Shown: positions 29,636-32,000 of the stretch, one piece after another
Position numbering within the stretch: position 1 is the stretch's first letter
Layout of the letters: each line of letters starts with the position of its first letter
Assembly: GCF_000284455.1 (NCBI RefSeq)
Contig: NC_017039.1
Coordinates: forward strand, 3,180,001 to 3,212,000
Direction of reading: 5' to 3'
From: Synechocystis sp. PCC 6803 substr. PCC-P
GTDB lineage: Bacteria; Cyanobacteriota; Cyanobacteriia; Cyanobacteriales; Microcystaceae
Length of the DNA: 32,000 nt
Translations under genes and position numbers: made by a program
The notes under the pieces: model-generated
Database searches by the model: none
Told to the model about the DNA's origin: nothing
The model's input: the letters and a program-made list of their open reading frames with translations, nothing else

Positions 29636-30346
29636 ATGCAAGCTCACTTTTTCCAGCACGTTCCCTTTGAAAATCTTGGTGCCATTGAACGTTGGCTCAG
29701 GGCTAAAGGTTACGCCATCAGTCAAACCGCTTTTTTTCAGCCATCTTTTAGCCTTCCTTCTTTGGACGCCATTGACCTGTTGATTGTCCTGGGCGGCCCC
29801 ATGAGTGTCAACGATGAGGCGCAATATCCCTGGTTGGTGCAGGAAAAGGAATTCATCCGTCAGGCGATCGCCGTTGGGAAACCGATATTAGGTATTTGCC
29901 TGGGGGCCCAACTCATGGCCAATGCCCTAGGGGCAAAAGTTTATCCCAACGCTGTCAAGGAAATTGGCTGGTTTCCCATCATGGGGCAAGAAGGTAAATC
30001 ACAGTCAGGTTCATTCCAGTTTCCCCCCAGCCTTGAAGTTTTCCACTGGCACGGTGAAACCTTTGATTTACCCCCAGGGGCAGAGTTAATTGCCTCCAGC
30101 CAAGCTTGTCAGCATCAGGCTTTCCAAATTGGGCGATCGGCGATCGGTCTGCAATGCCATTTGGAAACTACCCCCACAGCGGCCCAGGCTTTAGTAGACA
30201 ATTGTGCTGATGAATTGATCCTTGGCCCCTTTGTGCAGGATGCCACCACTATTTTGGCCGATAACCAAGCTAGATTTGCCACCATGGGCGCAGTTCTAGT
30301 CCAATTGCTGGAATATCTACACCATCAAGTTATTACCCCTGCCTAA
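29636..30346 (+). CDS. Class I glutamine amidotransferase-like protein (GMP synthase-type GATase domain only)
   Basis: 236 aa. IVLGGPMSVND, nucleophile elbow ILGICLGAQLMANALGA and catalytic His/Glu region IGLQCHLETTP. Confidence 0.87.
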   Translation: MQAHFFQHVPFENLGAIERWLRAKGYAISQTAFFQPSFSLPSLDAIDLLIVLGGPMSVNDEAQYPWLVQEKEFIRQAIAVGKPILGICLGAQLMANALGAKVYPNAVKEIGWFPIMGQEGKSQSGSFQFPPSLEVFHWHGETFDLPPGAELIASSQACQHQAFQIGRSAIGLQCHLETTPTAAQALVDNCADELILGPFVQDATTILADNQARFATMGAVLVQLLEYLHHQVITPA

Positions 30347-30425
30347 TCCCCTGGCTCCCAATCCCTAGAAGCGGAGAATATGGCACAATCTAGGGAGAAT
30401 ACTACGGTAACAACACCATCTCCCC

Positions 30426-31022
30426 ATGATTCCAACCGTCATTGAAACGTCTGGGCGTGGCGATCGCGCCTTTGATATTTATTCCCGCCTACTCCGGGAG
30501 CGGATTGTCTTCCTGGGGCAAGAAGTCCGGGATGAGAACGCCAATTTAGTTGTTGCCCAACTGCTGTTTTTGGAAGCGGAAGATCCGGAAAAAGACATTT
30601 ATCTTTACATCAACTCCCCCGGAGGCTCGGTGTCGGCAGGACTAGGAATTTTCGACACCATGAACCAGATCCGCCCCGATGTGTGTACCATCTGCATCGG
30701 TTTAGCGGCCAGCATGGGGGCTTTTCTCCTTAGTGCTGGAGCCAAAGGTAAGCGCATGAGTTTGCCCAACTCCCGCATCATGATTCACCAACCCCTAGGG
30801 GGAGCCCAGGGCCAAGCCACGGATATTGAAATTCAAGCCAAAGAGATTCTTTATCTTAAAGCACTACTTAACCAACATTTGGCCAACCACACTGGCAAAT
30901 CCCTAGAGGAAATTACCGCCGATACGGAACGGGATTTCTTTATGTCCGCTGAGGAATCGAAGGAATATGGCTTGATTGACCAGGTAATTAACCGTCGTCC
31001 TTCCGCCAGTGACCCTATTTAA
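30426..31022 (+). CDS. clpP: ATP-dependent Clp protease proteolytic subunit
   Basis: Oxyanion/substrate region [19 protein letters not shown], catalytic Ser in [21 protein letters not shown], catalytic His in [23 protein letters not shown]. Confidence 0.96.
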   Translation: MIPTVIETSGRGDRAFDIYSRLLRERIVFLGQEVRDENANLVVAQLLFLEAEDPEKDIYLYINSPGGSVSAGLGIFDTMNQIRPDVCTICIGLAASMGAFLLSAGAKGKRMSLPNSRIMIHQPLGGAQGQATDIEIQAKEILYLKALLNQHLANHTGKSLEEITADTERDFFMSAEESKEYGLIDQVINRRPSASDPI

Positions 31023-31099
31023 CCGCTGTATTAGCTCCCCAATAGCTGTTACAAATTGACCCGACCATAAAACTTTCCCAATTCCCTTCCTGACTGTCC

Positions 31100-32000
31100 G
31101 TGAACATTACTTCCCCTCTTTCTGCCCCTAGTCATCAGTATCCCGACGCCCTGGGTCGTTTTGGCAATTATGGCGGCAAATATGTGCCTGAAACTTTAAT
31201 GCCGGCTCTGACGGAGTTGGAGGAAGCTTACTATCGCTACCGGGCGGAGAGTTCCTTTCAGGAAGAGTTAGCGGGGTTATTAAAAGACTATGTGGGCCGT
31301 TCCTCTCCCCTATATTTTGCGGAAAGATTAAGCGCCCATTACGCCCGTCCCGACGGAACCTATCCTTTGATTTACCTCAAACGAGAAGATTTAAACCATA
31401 CGGGGGCCCACAAAATTAATAACGCCCTGGGCCAGGTTCTCCTTGCCAAACGCATGGGGAAAAAGCGGATCATTGCCGAAACTGGTGCTGGTCAACACGG
31501 GGTGGCAACGGCTACGGTGTGTGCTCGCTTTGGCTTGGAATGCATCATCTACATGGGGGTGCAGGATATGGAGCGGCAAAAGCTGAATGTCTTTCGCATG
31601 AATTTGCTGGGGGCCAGGGTGCAACCAGTCACAGCGGGCACTGGAACCCTCAAGGATGCTACCTCTGAAGCAATCCGGGATTGGGTCACCAATGTGGAAA
31701 CTACCCATTACATTCTTGGCTCTGTGGCCGGACCCCATCCTTACCCCATGATGGTGCGGGACTTCCACCGGGTCATTGGCCAGGAAACTCGCCAACAGGC
31801 ATTGAAAAAATGGGGCGGTCTGCCGGATATCTTGCTGGCTTGTGTGGGGGGCGGCTCCAACGCCATGGGGCTGTTCTACGATTTCATTGATGAGCCAGCA
31901 GTGCGGTTAATTGGTATCGAAGCGGCAGGGGAAAGCATTGTCTCCGGTAAGCATGCGGCCACTTTAACCATGGGTAAACCGGGGGTGTTACATGGGGCCA
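31100..32000 (+). CDS. trpB: Tryptophan synthase beta subunit, truncated by the window edge
   Basis: GTG start [44 protein letters not shown]-lysine region [20 protein letters not shown], and GCVGGGSNA-type [11 protein letters not shown]. No stop before 32000, which explains its absence from the ORF track. Confidence 0.95.
   Translation, partial: MNITSPLSAPSHQYPDALGRFGNYGGKYVPETLMPALTELEEAYYRYRAESSFQEELAGLLKDYVGRSSPLYFAERLSAHYARPDGTYPLIYLKREDLNHTGAHKINNALGQVLLAKRMGKKRIIAETGAGQHGVATATVCARFGLECIIYMGVQDMERQKLNVFRMNLLGARVQPVTAGTGTLKDATSEAIRDWVTNVETTHYILGSVAGPHPYPMMVRDFHRVIGQETRQQALKKWGGLPDILLACVGGGSNAMGLFYDFIDEPAVRLIGIEAAGESIVSGKHAATLTMGKPGVLHGA

Larger units (their letters stand above)
920..30467. 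repeat. Highly iterated palindrome HIP1 (GCGATCGC), dispersed
   Basis: 33 copies located by eye, e.g. 920, 1343, 1758, 2777, 3524, 5419, 5517, 7655, 8009, 9238, 11627, 12403, 14883, 14989, 16378, 18870, 20047, 24002, 24621, 26067, 28096, 30460. Nearly all lie inside genes. Confidence 0.9.

Noticed and set aside
29507-29824. 105 aa minus-strand ORF upstream of and overlapping the amidotransferase-like gene
   Set aside because: Much of it is antisense to the glutamine amidotransferase-like coding sequence, and it has no recognisable domain.
31391-31795. 134 aa minus-strand ORF near the window end
   Set aside because: Antisense to trpB, whose conserved protein sequence is clear on the plus strand but missing from the track because it has no stop in the window.
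1-32000. CRISPR array, transposase, prophage, toxin-antitoxin or restriction/defence system
   Set aside because: No direct repeat-spacer pattern, no integrase/transposase/Cas/helicase-nuclease motifs, and no inverted-repeat-bounded insertion were seen. Almost all space is filled by housekeeping genes.

Overview
This is an ordinary, gene-dense cyanobacterial chromosome segment. Gene content, protein sequences and abundant GCGATCGC (HIP1) octamers point to Synechocystis sp. PCC 6803 or a very close relative; that assignment is from recognition, not a search. Plus-strand genes, in order: chlM, panB, queC, murE, ggtB-ggtC-ggtD (glucosylglycerol ABC transporter), a sensor histidine kinase, a membrane-anchored lytic transglycosylase, a subtilisin-like protease, hemE, a PfkB-family kinase, a class I glutamine amidotransferase-like protein, clpP and the 5' part of trpB. 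Minus-strand genes: a beta-CASP-like metallo-beta-lactamase-fold protein, a squalene/phytoene synthase-family protein, an Ap4A phosphorylase-like protein, a hypothetical protein, corA, uppS, cdaA, lysA, a GTPase, argS and a family 2 glycosyltransferase. I found no CRISPR array, prophage, transposon, rRNA/tRNA or defence island, and no clear undescribed multi-gene system. The best lead is a 40-codon single-helix ORF (5933..6055, minus) that is missing from the supplied ORF track. Lesser leads are hairpins around hemE, a possible RBS-sequestering stem before the Ap4A phosphorylase-like gene, a Cys-rich tail on the metallo-beta-lactamase-fold protein, and a substituted Asp-rich motif in the squalene synthase-like protein.
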